Assembly: GCA_963710415.1 (NCBI GenBank)
Contig: CAVQAH010000021.1
Coordinates: 105,167 to 169,166 of the forward strand
DNA from: an uncultured Acidobacteriota bacterium
Lineage (GTDB): Bacteria; Acidobacteriota; Vicinamibacteria; Vicinamibacterales; 2-12-FULL-66-21
Length of the DNA: 64,000 bases
Reading direction: 5' to 3'
Shown here: positions 1 to 10,206 of the stretch, piece by piece
How positions within the stretch are numbered: position 1 is the stretch's first letter
Layout: the number at the start of each line of letters is the position of its first letter
Notes under the pieces: generated by a model
What the model saw: only the letters and a program-made list of their open reading frames with translations
Database searches by the model: none
What the model was told of the DNA's origin: nothing
Translations under genes and position numbers: made by a program

Positions 1-729
1 GGTCTCGGCGCCGGGCGGATGGAAAACCCTCGAGCCGAGGTGAAACAGGTTGCGCTCCGTTGCGCCGGCTCGTTGAATGACGACGTTGCCGCGTGCGTTG
101 ACCGTCACGGCGAGCCGGTCGGTGGGACCACCCCCGAATGAATAGTCACCGAGGATGGCCTTGCGATCGTCATCGGTCAGGCTCTCGTTCGTGTATCGAG
201 GCTCGGCGTCGCCGACAGTCTCGAGATACTTGACGACCTCTGCGGCGCCACCAAACTTGGCGTGATCCAGCAGCGGAATTCCGTGCGGTCCCCTCGTCCG
301 CTGAATCCCGGGTGATGCGGCGATCATGGCCTGCACGACGGTCAGCTGACCGAGCATCGCCGCCGAAAAAATCGTCGGCGGCGCTCCTGCTTTGAGCAGG
401 ACATCGGCGATCTCACGGTTTCCGACGTGGGACGCCGCCCCGAGGGCGGTCTCCCAGTCGCCATAGCCCCAATCCCAGGATGCCTTCGCCAGCGCGGGGC
501 ATCCCGACAGGAGTTCTCGCACCCGCGCAACGTTTCCGTGCGAAACGCCAACGGTCTCTCGCGCCAGCGCAGGATCGTGCGACGGAAACGACTCCGGGAT
601 GGGCCGCGGACGATCGGGCGCGGGCGCCTGAACATCAGCGACGTTGTTGACGATGGGGCCCGCCTGGCTTGCGGCGAAGACACTCCCGATCGGAACGATC
701 GCAAGGAAGGAACGACGTGAAAGCGACAT
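1..729 (-). CDS. Tat-signal ankyrin-repeat-like exported protein (3' end runs off the window)
   Basis: Not in the ORF track because there is no stop in the window. Manual translation from ATG 729 gives MSLSRRSFLAIVPIG... (twin-Arg motif), then SWDWGYGDWETALGAASHVGNREIADVLLKAGA and GPHGIPLLDHAKFGG (ankyrin-like). AGGAGG RBS lies 8 nt upstream; the frame is open to position 1. Confidence 0.75.
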   Translation of the reverse strand, partial: MSLSRRSFLAIVPIGSVFAASQAGPIVNNVADVQAPAPDRPRPIPESFPSHDPALARETVGVSHGNVARVRELLSGCPALAKASWDWGYGDWETALGAASHVGNREIADVLLKAGAPPTIFSAAMLGQLTVVQAMIAASPGIQRTRGPHGIPLLDHAKFGGAAEVVKYLETVGDAEPRYTNESLTDDDRKAILGDYSFGGGPTDRLAVTVNARGNVVIQRAGATERNLFHLGSRVFHPPGAET

Positions 730-858
730 GGCGCTCGACCTCCTGACGCCGACTCTGTGCGCGGCAAAGGCCAGCGCAAGCCAGGATCAGGCCAGGCTGA
801 TGTAAGTTACGAAGTCGAGGAGAGCCAGCGGGTTACAGAAGCAGGTGAGGCGAGCGTG

Positions 859-1735
859 TCAGTTGGCGGCGAGCTTGGCGGCAACCGCTGACGCGATGGA
901 TTCGGCAATCTCTGCCTGCACGGCGAGCGTGAACTCTGGCCGATCGTAGGTCTGCGCCCACACGTGGGCCTCATCCTTGACGCGAATCAGGTGAGCGATC
1001 AGCCGGACACGCGATTCATCGCGTTTGACCTGGGCGAGAACGACGTACTCCGCCCGGACGTCCCGGCCGATTTCCTGCAGGTCGCGAAACGACCGCGGCC
1101 GGCGAAGGGCGGCCGAGTTGCCAATGACGTCAAGACGTTCCACTCGTCCCGGAGCGGCGAGCCGGGCAACAGTCGCATCCGCAATTCCACGCGCGAGCCC
1201 ATCGAAGCTGTCCTGCCCCGTCTCGTTGTCGAACGGGACGACGGCGACGCGATGGATGGGGGCGTGCCGGGCCGCGACCGCATACCACCCGGCCGCCAGC
1301 CCGCCCGCCAGCAGCAACGTCGCAACCGCGAACCACTTCCGCGCCCTCTTTCCTGGGGGCGTCATCGCGGGAACCGGGTCGAGCACGTCCTCCACAGCCG
1401 CGACCTGCGGTTCCGTGCGGACTGGAGCAATGAACCGGTAGCCGCGGCGTGGCAGCGTCTCGACGAAGCGCGGGGATTCCGCCGAATCCCCGAGTGCGGC
1501 GCGGATTTGCGCCACGCAGAAGTTGAGCCCGCGCTCGAAGTCGACGAAAGTCCCGTCCGTCCAGACCTGCTGCCTGATCTCGTCTCGGGATACGACTGAA
1601 CCCGGCCGCTCGGCCAGGATGGCGAGAACGCGGGCCGGCTGTGGCTGAAGCTTGACGGGAACACCATCCCGCCACAGCTCACCGGTTACCGGGATCGAAC
1701 TCGAACACGCCGAACCGGAGCGGCGTGGTAGTCAC
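859..1735 (-). CDS. CadC/ToxR-like membrane-anchored transcriptional regulator (OmpR-type wHTH + TM + TolB-N-like domain); 1 frameshift near 1690
   Basis: GTG 1735 reads TTTPLRFGVFEFDP, then GELWRDGVPVKLQPQPARVL...FVDFERGLNFCVAQIRAALGDSAESPRFVETLPRRGYRF. It has a TM segment WFAVATLLLAGGLAAGWYAV and a VAVVPFDN domain. Confidence 0.85.
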
Positions 1736-1812
1736 GATGAGTAGACGATACCGCGAAACACAGGACCGTGCATCCGCCCGTGCCCTTGAGCACGTCCGCA
1801 CGTCGCAGATTG

Positions 1813-1970
1813 GATCCGCGCCCATCGCGCGTCCCGGACGATGGCACCGTCTCGTCCTAAGATCCGCGCATCCGCGTCCCGTGAACCGTGACGGAAATCC
1901 GCGTCGTCGGAGATGCCGCGACTCCAATCCACCCTCCGCCCCCCACCGTAGAACCCTCTGGAGATCCGCG
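1813..1970. repeat. Cluster of (G)ATCCGCG motifs, including a near copy of the terminal repeat of the element at 45472-45682
   Basis: (G)ATCCGCG occurs at 1813, 1861, 1870, 1897 and 1963. 1861-1885 GATCCGCGCATCCGCGTCCCGTGAA resembles GATCCGCGTGCAATTCGCGTCCCGTGAA starting at 45657. Confidence 0.55.
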
Positions 1971-2025
1971 ATATCCATCGACGGTTGCTAAAAAGGCCCG
2001 AAACTTGTAGAAACCAGGGGGTTCC

Positions 2026-3084
2026 GTGAAAAAGCTGCTCCTGATCCTCACCTTGCTCGCATTCGCGGTGCCGGTTGCGGCCCACCCGGCCCCCTTCAGC
2101 TACGTCGACGTACGCATCAATTCTGGAGAGTTGGCCGGCAAGCTCGTCATCCACGCCATCGACGCCGCCTACGAGCTGAAGCTCGCGGCGCCAGAGGAAC
2201 TGCACGACGACGCCGTAGTGACCGTCATGCTGCGGGCGCTCGAGAGAGTCCTGGCGGCCCGGCTGGAGTTTCTGGCTGACGGCAATGCACTGCCGTGGTC
2301 GATGACTGGCGCCCGGGCTCTGCCTGGTCTCGATGCCGTCGAGCTGACATGGCGGGCTCCGACGACGAGGGTGCCCGGCCGGCTGACGATCGTCGCACGC
2401 CTTTTTCCCTACGATCCGAACCACCAGACCTTCGTCAACGTGTACGAACGTGACGCCCTGGCCAGGCAGGAAGTGTTGAACCGCGATCGGTCGCGCGTGG
2501 ATTTCTTTACGGGCACCCGTCAGGGCAAATTCGCGGTGCTGACCAGCTTCGTGCAGTCGGGAATCCATCACATCGCAATCGGACCCGATCACATCCTGTT
2601 CATCGTCGGTCTCCTGCTCCTGGGTGGCTCGATTTCACGACTCCTCGCCATCGTCACCGCCTTCACGCTTGGGCACAGCGTCACGCTCGCGCTTGCGACC
2701 CTGAACATCCTTCAGCCGCCGGCCTCAATCGTCGAGCCAGCTATTGCCTTGAGTATCGTGTATGTCGGCGCAGATAATCTGCTCATCGGCACCCGCGGCC
2801 GCGATGTGCGGCCGTGGATCGCGCTGGCGTTCGGGCTCGTGCATGGTTTCGGCTTCGCGAGCGTGCTGCGCGAAACCGGGTTGCCCGACGGCGCGCTAGG
2901 CCTGTCGCTCTTCGCGTTCAACGTCGGCGTGGAGATTGGTCAGGCGGCAATCGTCATCGTGGTAGCATCTGCGCTGGCGTTCATTCGCAAGAAGAACGCG
3001 ATCGCTGCGCATCGGCTGGCGACCGCCGGCTCGGTGATCGTGATGCTCGCCGGCGCGTTCTGGTTCTTCGAGAGAGTGTATTGA
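2026..3084 (+). CDS. HupE/UreJ family protein (signal peptide, soluble N-domain, multi-TM C-domain)
   Basis: Signal peptide ending AAH; motifs GIHHIAIGPDHILF, TAFTLGHSVTL, VEPAIALSI, FGLVHGFGFA, FNVGVEIGQ. Confidence 0.88.
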   Translation: MKKLLLILTLLAFAVPVAAHPAPFSYVDVRINSGELAGKLVIHAIDAAYELKLAAPEELHDDAVVTVMLRALERVLAARLEFLADGNALPWSMTGARALPGLDAVELTWRAPTTRVPGRLTIVARLFPYDPNHQTFVNVYERDALARQEVLNRDRSRVDFFTGTRQGKFAVLTSFVQSGIHHIAIGPDHILFIVGLLLLGGSISRLLAIVTAFTLGHSVTLALATLNILQPPASIVEPAIALSIVYVGADNLLIGTRGRDVRPWIALAFGLVHGFGFASVLRETGLPDGALGLSLFAFNVGVEIGQAAIVIVVASALAFIRKKNAIAAHRLATAGSVIVMLAGAFWFFERVY

Positions 3085-3132
3085 TGACGAATCCCTTGAT
3101 GACGAATCCCTTGATGACGAATTCCTTGATGA
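3081..3132. repeat. 15-bp tandem repeat TTGATGACGAATCCC x3.5 at the stop/start junction
   Basis: Units at 3081-3095, 3096-3110, 3111-3125 (one mismatch) and a partial at 3126-3132; translates MTNPL-MTNPL-MTNSL-MM. Confidence 0.9.
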
Positions 3133-3995
3133 TGCAGCGACTGGTGCTACTTGGCGTGCTCGTGGCCGTGGGAGCGGTGGGAATTGCCGCGCGTCAGCAA
3201 GACAACACGGTCTGCACTGAAAAGGTTCGCGACAACCTGTTCATGATTCGCGGCGGCGGCGGAAACACGGCGGTATTCGTCACGACCAAGGGTGTCGTCC
3301 TCGTCGACACCAAGAATCCCGGCATGGGCCCGGCCATCATGGACCAGGTGCGCTCGGTGACCGACAAGCCGGTGACCACCATCATCAACACGCACACGCA
3401 TGCGGATCACAACGGCAGCAACGAACACTTCCCGACGGCTGTGGAGATCGTCACCCAGGAGAATACGAAGGCGAACATGGAGAAGATGACCGCCTTCCAG
3501 GGCGAGAAGGCGCAGTTCCTGCCGGATCGCACGTTCGCCGATCGCCTCACGCTGAACCAGGGACCTGACCGCGTGGATCTCTACTACTTCGGTCCGGGCC
3601 ACACGAACGGCGATGCCATCGTGGTGTTTCCAGCGCTCAGCGTCGCTCACACCGGCGATCTCTTCGCCAGGGCGGGCACGCCGCTCATCGACATCAAGAA
3701 CGGTGGGAGCGGAATCCGCTATCCAGAAACGGTCAAAAAGGCAGCAGCCGGAATCAAGGACGTCGAAACCGTGATCCCCGGCCACAGCGACGTGACGACC
3801 TGGACCGCCTTCGCCGAGTTCGGCGAGTTCAATCAGGCGTTCCTCGACGCCGTGCGCGCGGCGGCGCAGGCAGGAAAGACGGCGGACGAAGCGGAAGCCT
3901 CACTCAACCTGCCGGAGAAGTTCAAGGCTTACAACATGAGCCGCGTCAAGGAGAACGTCACGGCGATCTACGAGGAGCTCAAGACCGTCAAGTAG
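3084..3995 (+). CDS. Exported MBL-fold metallo-hydrolase (cyclase/glyoxalase-like)
   Basis: Motifs INTHTHADHNGSN, GPGHTNGD, HTGDLF and VIPGH, with a hydrophobic signal peptide. The start is ambiguous (3084 to 3132) because of the tandem repeat. Confidence 0.85.
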   Translation: MTNPLMTNPLMTNSLMMQRLVLLGVLVAVGAVGIAARQQDNTVCTEKVRDNLFMIRGGGGNTAVFVTTKGVVLVDTKNPGMGPAIMDQVRSVTDKPVTTIINTHTHADHNGSNEHFPTAVEIVTQENTKANMEKMTAFQGEKAQFLPDRTFADRLTLNQGPDRVDLYYFGPGHTNGDAIVVFPALSVAHTGDLFARAGTPLIDIKNGGSGIRYPETVKKAAAGIKDVETVIPGHSDVTTWTAFAEFGEFNQAFLDAVRAAAQAGKTADEAEASLNLPEKFKAYNMSRVKENVTAIYEELKTVK

Positions 3996-4035
3996 GCCGT
4001 GAACCTCTCGTCGTGAACCCTCGTCTGAACCCCCG

Positions 4036-5512
4036 TCAAGTGACCTTCGGCTGCGATGGATCGACTCGCTCGATCCACGCCAGGACTCCGCCTGTCAGGT
4101 TCTTCGCCTCGACGCCGTGCTCCTTGAGCAGCTTGACCGCCTTGGCGCTGCGCCCGCCCATCTTGCAGTGCACGACGATCTCGCGGTCATCGTCGGGAAG
4201 TTCGGCGAGCCGGCTGCTCAGCTGTCCAAGCGGGATGAGCGTCGCGTTCGGGATTCGGCAGATCTGATACTCGTGCGGTTCGCGGACGTCGAGCACGAAC
4301 GTGGGTTGACCGGCATCGAGCCGGGCCTTCAACTCCTCCACCGTTGTCTCGAGCTCTGGCGGCAAAGCGTTGCCGGCCGCTGCAGCACTGGGTTGAGGCG
4401 TGACGCCACAGAACTGGTCGTAGTCGATCAGCTCGCGAACGGTCGGACGGTCACCGCAGACCGGGCAGTCCGGATCGCGCCGTACCTTGAGCTCCCGGAA
4501 TCGCATCGCCCACGCGTCGTACAGCAACAATCGTCCGATCAGCGTGCCGGAGGCGCCGAGGATCAGCTTGATGGTCTCGGTCGCCTGAATGGTGCCGATC
4601 ACGCCGGGCAACACTCCCAGCACGCCGCCTTCGGCGCAGCTCGGGACCAGACCTGGCGGAGGCGGCTCGGGAAACAGGCAGCGATAGCATGGGCCGCCGC
4701 GGGTTGCGAAGACCGAGGCCTGCCCTTCGAACCGAAAGATGCTGCCATAGGCGTTCGGCTTGCCGAGGATCACGCACGCATCGTTCACGAGATACCGCGT
4801 GGCGAAGTTGTCCGTCCCGTCGAGGATGACGTCGTACTGCTTGAACAGCGCCATCGCGTTTGACGACGAGAGCTTCATCTCGTGGGTTTCGATATGCACT
4901 TCAGGATTCAGCGCGGACAGGCGGGCGCGCGCCGACTCGAGCTTCGGCCGGCCGATGTCAGGCGTGCCGTGAATGATCTGGCGCTGAAGATTGCTGGCGT
5001 CCACCGCGTCGAAGTCGACCAGGCCCAGCGTGCCGACGCCGGCCGCCGCGAGGTACAACGCCGCCGGCGATCCGAGGCCGCCGGCCCCTACGCACAGGAC
5101 GCGAGCGCCCTTCAGCCGCCGCTGACCATCGATGCCGACTTCCGGCAGGATCAGGTGACGGCTGTAGCGTTCGACTTCCGCGTTGGTCAGTTCCGGCGTG
5201 GTGGAGGCCTCGGAAGGCGATGTGTCCGACGCCGCTGACCCGCCAGCCACTGACGGCACGATGCTGATGGTGTCCCCTGCCTTCAGCGCCGTGGCCTCGC
5301 GATCGAGATAGCGGATGTCGTCGTCGTTCACGTAGACGTTCACGAAATGCCGCAACTTCCCGTCGTCGGCGTACAGGTGGCGCCGGAGATCGGTATAGCG
5401 GTTCGTCAATGTCGACAGGACTTCGCCGACCGTGCCGCCGTCGACCTCGACGGCGTCCTGCTGACCGGTATACGGTCGAAGCGGTGTCGGGAATCAGGAC
5501 CCGGTGTGCCAT
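4036..5512 (-). CDS. moeZ: Fusion of a MoaD/CysO-type ubiquitin-like sulfur carrier + ThiF/MoeB E1 adenylyltransferase + rhodanese (MoeZ-like); 1 frameshift near 5490
   Basis: ATG 5512 reads MAHRVLIP/TPLRPYTGQQDAVEVDGGTVGEVL...RHFVNVYVNDDDIRYL...ISIVPSVAGG (beta-grasp, GG at 5239-5244). It continues in frame to RYSRHLILPEVG, GAGGLG, SNLQRQ, CYRC, PSCAEGG, CPVC and the rhodanese loop HCKMGGRS. Confidence 0.9.
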
Positions 5513-5527
5513 CGCAACTCTCCCTCT

Positions 5528-5570
5528 GGGGTCAGGTCTTGAATTCCAGCGTTTTTCACGACCTGACCCC
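5528..5570. repeat. REP-like inverted repeat GGGGTCAGGTCTTGAA...TTCACGACCTGACCCC
   Basis: 16-bp arms at 5528-5543 and 5555-5570 with one mismatch; the right arm supplies the last codons and stop of the JAMM gene. Confidence 0.8.
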
Positions 5571-5975
5571 CAAAACCCCTTCATCGAATCCCGAACGATT
5601 ATCCCGCAGCCACCAGGCGGTGACGTCGCCGGGCACGCCGTTGGTTACCGAGATGATCACATAGATGAAATTGGGCCACGCGTGCTCGAGATCGTACGCC
5701 GACGGCCGGGCGGGCTCGTTCGGGTGCGAATGGTAGAAGCCCAGCAGGTCCGCACCGAGCGCACTCGCGCGCGCTTCAGCGCCGCGATACCCGTCCGGCC
5801 CGATCCGGAACCGTCGCGCGGCACCGCTGGCGGTCGTATTCTCCATGGCAAACGCTTCGAGGATGACACCGCCGCGGCCGATCAGCGCACCACAACACTC
5901 GTGGGGAAACGTCGCCGCACCGTGACGGCGAATCGCCTCGATCGCGTCGGTGGCAATCGTCAGCCGACCGGTCAC
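5556..5975 (-). CDS. mec: JAMM/MPN+ (M67, Mov34) metallopeptidase, Mec-like
   Basis: PHECCGAL followed by FYHSHPNEPARPSAYD matches the E...HxHx7SxxD JAMM motif; it lies between cysM and the Ubl-E1 gene. Confidence 0.9.
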   Translation of the reverse strand: MTGRLTIATDAIEAIRRHGAATFPHECCGALIGRGGVILEAFAMENTTASGAARRFRIGPDGYRGAEARASALGADLLGFYHSHPNEPARPSAYDLEHAWPNFIYVIISVTNGVPGDVTAWWLRDNRSGFDEGVLGVRS

Positions 5976-5977
5976 CC

Positions 5978-6025
5978 GTGGCGTCCGGCTTCAGCCGGAC
6001 CTCCGTGTCCTCCTTCAGCCGGACC
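5978..6025. repeat. Two GTAG-type REP copies (GTRGYGTCCGGCTTYAGCCGGACC family)
   Basis: 5978-6001 GTGGCGTCCGGCTTCAGCCGGACC and a degenerate copy at 6005-6025; same family as 10207, 10243, 24217, 24248 and 55287. Confidence 0.85.
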
Positions 6026-6039
6026 CCTCTGATCATCAT

Positions 6040-6954
6040 TCACCAGAAACTCTCCGTGAGGTAGCGCGTTCCCGTGTCTGGAAAAACCGTGACAATCACC
6101 CCGTTGTCGATGCGGCTGGCCAGGTCCAACGCCGCCGCCATCGCCGCCCCGCTCGACACGCCGACGAGGAGCCCTTCCTCCTGCGCCAGCTGTCTCGTCG
6201 CGGCATAGGCCCGCTCCGTGGTGATCCGCACGTCCTCGTCGGCAAGCGCCGGATCGTAGATGCCCGGGCGTATCGCCGTTTCCATGTGCTTCAACCCCTC
6301 CATACCATGGAGCGGCGAATCCGGCTGCACGGAGACCAGGTGGATGCCGGCGCGATGCGCGCGCAGCCGTCGGCCAACTCCGACGAACGTGCCGCTCGTG
6401 CCGAGCCCGGCGACGAAGTGCGTCACGCGACCGCCGGTTTGCTCGAGAATCTCGCGTCCGGTGGTCTCGAAGTGCGCCCGCCAGTTTGCGTCATTGTTGT
6501 ATTGATCGGCATAGAAATATCGATCGGGTTCCGCCTCGTGGAGACGCCTCGCCTCGCGAATGGCCCCATCGCTGCCCTCCATGGCACTGGTCAGCTCGAT
6601 CTCCGCCCCGTACGCGCGAAGGATGCGCAGGCGTTCGGGCGTGACGCTTTCCGGCACGCACAGCTTCAATTTATAGCCGCGTGAAGCCGCGAGCATGGCA
6701 TAGGCGATCCCTGTGTTTCCCGATGTCGCGTCAAGGATTGTCTTGCCGGCACGCAGCAGACCACGTCGCTCGCCCTCGTCGAGAATCGCCAGCGCGGCGC
6801 GATCCTTGACCGATCCACCCGGGTTCAAGAATTCGGCTTTCGCATACAACTCGACGCCCGGCTTCGCGAGCGCCTGGTGGCGCAGTCGCAGCAACGGCGT
6901 GCGGCCGATCGTCGAGCGTAACGTGCTGGTCGATTCGAGTGTCGAGCTGGCCAT
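6040..6954 (-). CDS. cysM: PLP-dependent cysteine synthase, CysM-like
   Basis: Motifs IGRTPL, KAEFLNPGGSVKDR (PLP lysine), ATSGNTGI, GLGTSGT, EGLLVGVSSG and FPDTGTRYL. Confidence 0.92.
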   Translation of the reverse strand: MASSTLESTSTLRSTIGRTPLLRLRHQALAKPGVELYAKAEFLNPGGSVKDRAALAILDEGERRGLLRAGKTILDATSGNTGIAYAMLAASRGYKLKLCVPESVTPERLRILRAYGAEIELTSAMEGSDGAIREARRLHEAEPDRYFYADQYNNDANWRAHFETTGREILEQTGGRVTHFVAGLGTSGTFVGVGRRLRAHRAGIHLVSVQPDSPLHGMEGLKHMETAIRPGIYDPALADEDVRITTERAYAATRQLAQEEGLLVGVSSGAAMAAALDLASRIDNGVIVTVFPDTGTRYLTESFW

Positions 6955-6960
6955 ATCGTG

Positions 6961-8812
6961 TCACGCGCTGCATTCACCTTCCTGGACCGCGGGTCTGAAC
7001 GCCGCCTCCTCGCCGAGATCGACGAAGTCCTCGGCAGTTGCCTCGCTCTGGGGACAGCCGGTCGAGTCCGCGAAGGGCATTCTTCACGATCGAGAGATCG
7101 ACGCGGCGAAAGAACGCGAGCGCCGATTCGTCTCGCGCGTGACTCTCGTGGTAGAGAGCGACCAACCGATCGATCGCCTCTCGACACCGGCGTGCTGGAA
7201 CCGTCGCCGCATGACGCCCGAACGTGGTAATGCCCTCTGCCGTGCCGCCGCCTACCATGACGAAGTAATGTGGCGCGGGACGCCCGCCTACCTTGCGCAG
7301 ACTGCCCTGAAAGCCAATCCCCGCGATGTGGTGCTGCCCGCAACCGTTCGGACATCCGCTGATCTTGATGTTCAGTCCGGGCACGCGGGCCACCAGGTCC
7401 TCACGGCCTTCCAGGTACTCGGCCAGCACCAGCCCCAACCCGCGTGATTGGGTAACCGCCAGCCGGCAGGACTCCGCGCCCGGGCAACTGGTGACATCCG
7501 CCAGCGTCCCCGCACCGGCTCGGCCCAGTCCCGCCGCACGCAGGCTTCGAAAGAAAGCCGGCAGGTGCTCGTCCGGCACCCATCGGAACAACAGGTCCTG
7601 ATCGATCGTGATCCGCACGGAGCCATCACCGAACGCCAGGGAAAGCTCGCCGAGCAGACGCATCTGCGCAGACGTCAGGTCACCCAGCAGCGTCGACACT
7701 GTGACCACGCTCCAGCCACGCTGGCTCTGCGGGCGGACGTTGGTCTGCGACCATCGGGCAAACTCGTTCCCCTCATTCGTAAGACGCGGCTCGACCCTGG
7801 GCAGGATTCCTGGTCCGCGCAACGGTGTGGTCGCTACGCGTGCAGCGATGGCGAACGGGGCTGGCGGCGTCGAGGCCCGCAACCGGGGGCGGCATCTCGA
7901 CGGGTGGGCTGTCCGGGTCGAACGGCAGCGACGGAACCTCCAGCCGCGCGGGCCCTTTCAAACTCCTGCTCGAACTCGCGACGAAAGCCGTCCCACCCGA
8001 GAGACTTGATCAAGAACTTCAGGCGATTTCGCTGCTTGTGCTGATAGTCGCCAAGCCGGTGGAACACACGCAGAGTTGCCTCGGCGACGTTCAGAATCTC
8101 CGAGGCCGGCAGGAATTCGAAGAGCTCGAGACCAGCCCGGCAGACGGTCGAGGTGCCGCCGGCTACCGTGACCCTGAATCCCTTGATGGACTTCCCGTCG
8201 ACGACGCCGTGCCGCGCGGTCCAGCCGATGTCGTTGATGCCGGTGGCGACGTGATCGACCGGGCACCCCTCGAACGCGATCTTGAACTTGCGCGGCAGGC
8301 TCGAGCTCAGCGGGTGCCGCAGCAGGTAGCGCGTCAACGCTTCCGCATAAGGGGTCACATCGAACGCCTCATTCGCCGCAACACCCGAATACGGGCAGGC
8401 GGTGATATTGCGCACCGAACTGCCGCATGCTTCCCGCGTCGTCAGCCCGGCCTCCCCCAGGTCGGCGCATGGCGAGCTCGATTTCGTGCAGCTTCACGAA
8501 ATGAAACTGCATGTTCTGCCGCGTGGTGATGTGACCAAAACCGCGCGAGTACGTGTCCGCCACGTCGGCAAGCGCGTCCAACTGCGGGGGCGTCAGCAGA
8601 CCCTGAGGGATCTTCACGCGCAGCATCTGCGCATCTTCGGCCTGCCGCTGACCGTAGGTCCCGCGAACCAGCCGAAACGCGCGCCACTCGTCGGGTCCGA
8701 CCTCGCCACGCTCGAATCGTCCCAGCATGGTCACGAATTCGTCGATATCAGCCTCGTCAGCAAACGACACTCGCGCTCGACCGAGCGTGTTCCGATCGTC
8801 CATTGCTGCCAT
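6961..8812 (-). CDS. Siroheme/[4Fe-4S] sulfite (nitrite/sulfite) reductase, ferredoxin-type; about 3 frameshifts
   Basis: Joined ORFs 8369-8812, 7834-8415 and 6974-7882 give GTYGQRQ, MLRVKIPQG, HITTRQNMQFH, RNITACP, LPRKFKIAF, RNRLKFLI, TSCPGAESCRLA and KISGCPNGCGQHH. The protein ends VQEGECSA* at 6961. Context favours sulfite as substrate. Confidence 0.88.
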
Positions 8813-9594
8813 GATTGCTCCTGTTCACGCCGCCATGTTCATCCCACATCAACATCGCCCTGAGCCGGACGACATTCCCGATCACGACCGTTCCCGCACG
8901 TCGATCGCCGTCATCCGATTCCTCAGACCGCTCGTGTTGCAGCGCTTCGAGCGTCAACGTCTTCGTCTGCGCTGACGGCGTGGAAGCGCCGAGCAGAACC
9001 GCTGCAGGCGTCAGCCTGTTCCACCCGCGCGCGATCAGCAGGCACGCCACGTCCGCGATCTGCGCCAGGCCCATCATCACGACGACCGTGACGCTATTGG
9101 GCGACAGCGGTTCAAGAACCGGCCGGTACGCGTCCTCCGAGTGACCGGACACCACGACGAACCCTGACGCGAGTCCTCGATGCGTGACCGGGATGCCGGA
9201 CAACCCCGCCGCAGCCACTGCCGACGTGATGCCAGGCACGACCTCGAACGGAATGCCCGCGTGAGCGAGGGCCAAGCGCCTCTTCCCCGCCCCTTCCGAA
9301 GACGAACGGATCGCCGCCCTTCAGCCGAACGACGCGCCTGCCTTGTTGCGCCGCACGAATCATCAGGCGGTTGATCGACGCCTGCGTCACGGCAGGACGC
9401 CCTGCCCGTTTGCCGACGAAGACCCGCCGCGCCGCCCGGGCCAGGTCGAGGACCCGACGATCGACCAGCGCGTCGTAGAACACCACGTCCGCCTCGGCGA
9501 GACACCGCGCCCCTCGAATGGTCAGCAGATCTCCGGATCGCCCGGACCAGCGCCGACAAGGGCGACGAATCCACCACGCCCAAGGTTCAGTCAT
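8757..9594 (-). CDS. cobA: Uroporphyrinogen-III C-methyltransferase (SUMT); several frameshifts
   Basis: Motifs [42 protein letters not shown] and VVPGITSA...IPVTHRG. Confidence 0.88.
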
Positions 9595-9602
9595 CGATCC
9601 AT

Positions 9603-10182
9603 TCACTGGACAGATCCGGGTGAGCGCTGCTCTATAGCATGCCTCACGAGCGCCTCGAGGAGCAACGGCCTGCGGTCGGCCATTGGCACGGCCTCGGCCA
9701 GCCACTGCTGCCGAGTTGTCCGTGCACACTGCATCCATCGCTCGAGATCGTCTGGAAGAACCGCCTCGAGCGCCTCGCGAATGAGCCCGGCGAGCGCCGG
9801 CGCGGCGCCGTCTGTAGAGATCGATATCGTGACGCCCGCGCGTCGCAGCACGGCGCCCGCGAATACGCTCGCGTTCTCGACGTCATCGACCGCATTCACG
9901 AGCAGGCCGCGTGCATGCGCCGCGGCGGCGACCTTGTGATTCACAGCCCGTGGCGCAGCCGCGACCACGAAACACACGCCGTCCAGATCGGATTCGTCGA
10001 ACGGCCGCTGACGCACGTCCACGCCTTGCGAGCGGATCTCCGCGGTGACGTCGGGGGCCACAACCGTAACCAGCGCACCAGTTTCGACGCAGGCTGCGGA
10101 GCTTCTGTGTTGCCACCGCTCCGCCCCCGACGAGCAAGACGCGACGGTCCTGCAGGCGAAGAAAGACGGGTAGAACCGGCAA
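9603..10182 (-). CDS. Precorrin-2 dehydrogenase/sirohydrochlorin ferrochelatase (CysG N-terminal half, Met8/SirC-like); frameshift near 10089
   Basis: TTG 10182 follows a GGGGAGG RBS; motifs [31 protein letters not shown] and [13 protein letters not shown]. Confidence 0.85.
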
Positions 10183-10206
10183 CTGACCTCCCCGATGACG
10201 TCTATA

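Noticed and set aside
3999..4037. TGAACC(C)TCGTC-like triplet between convergent genes as a functional site
   Set aside because: It is short and degenerate with no hairpin or U-tract; at most a remnant of a short-repeat family.
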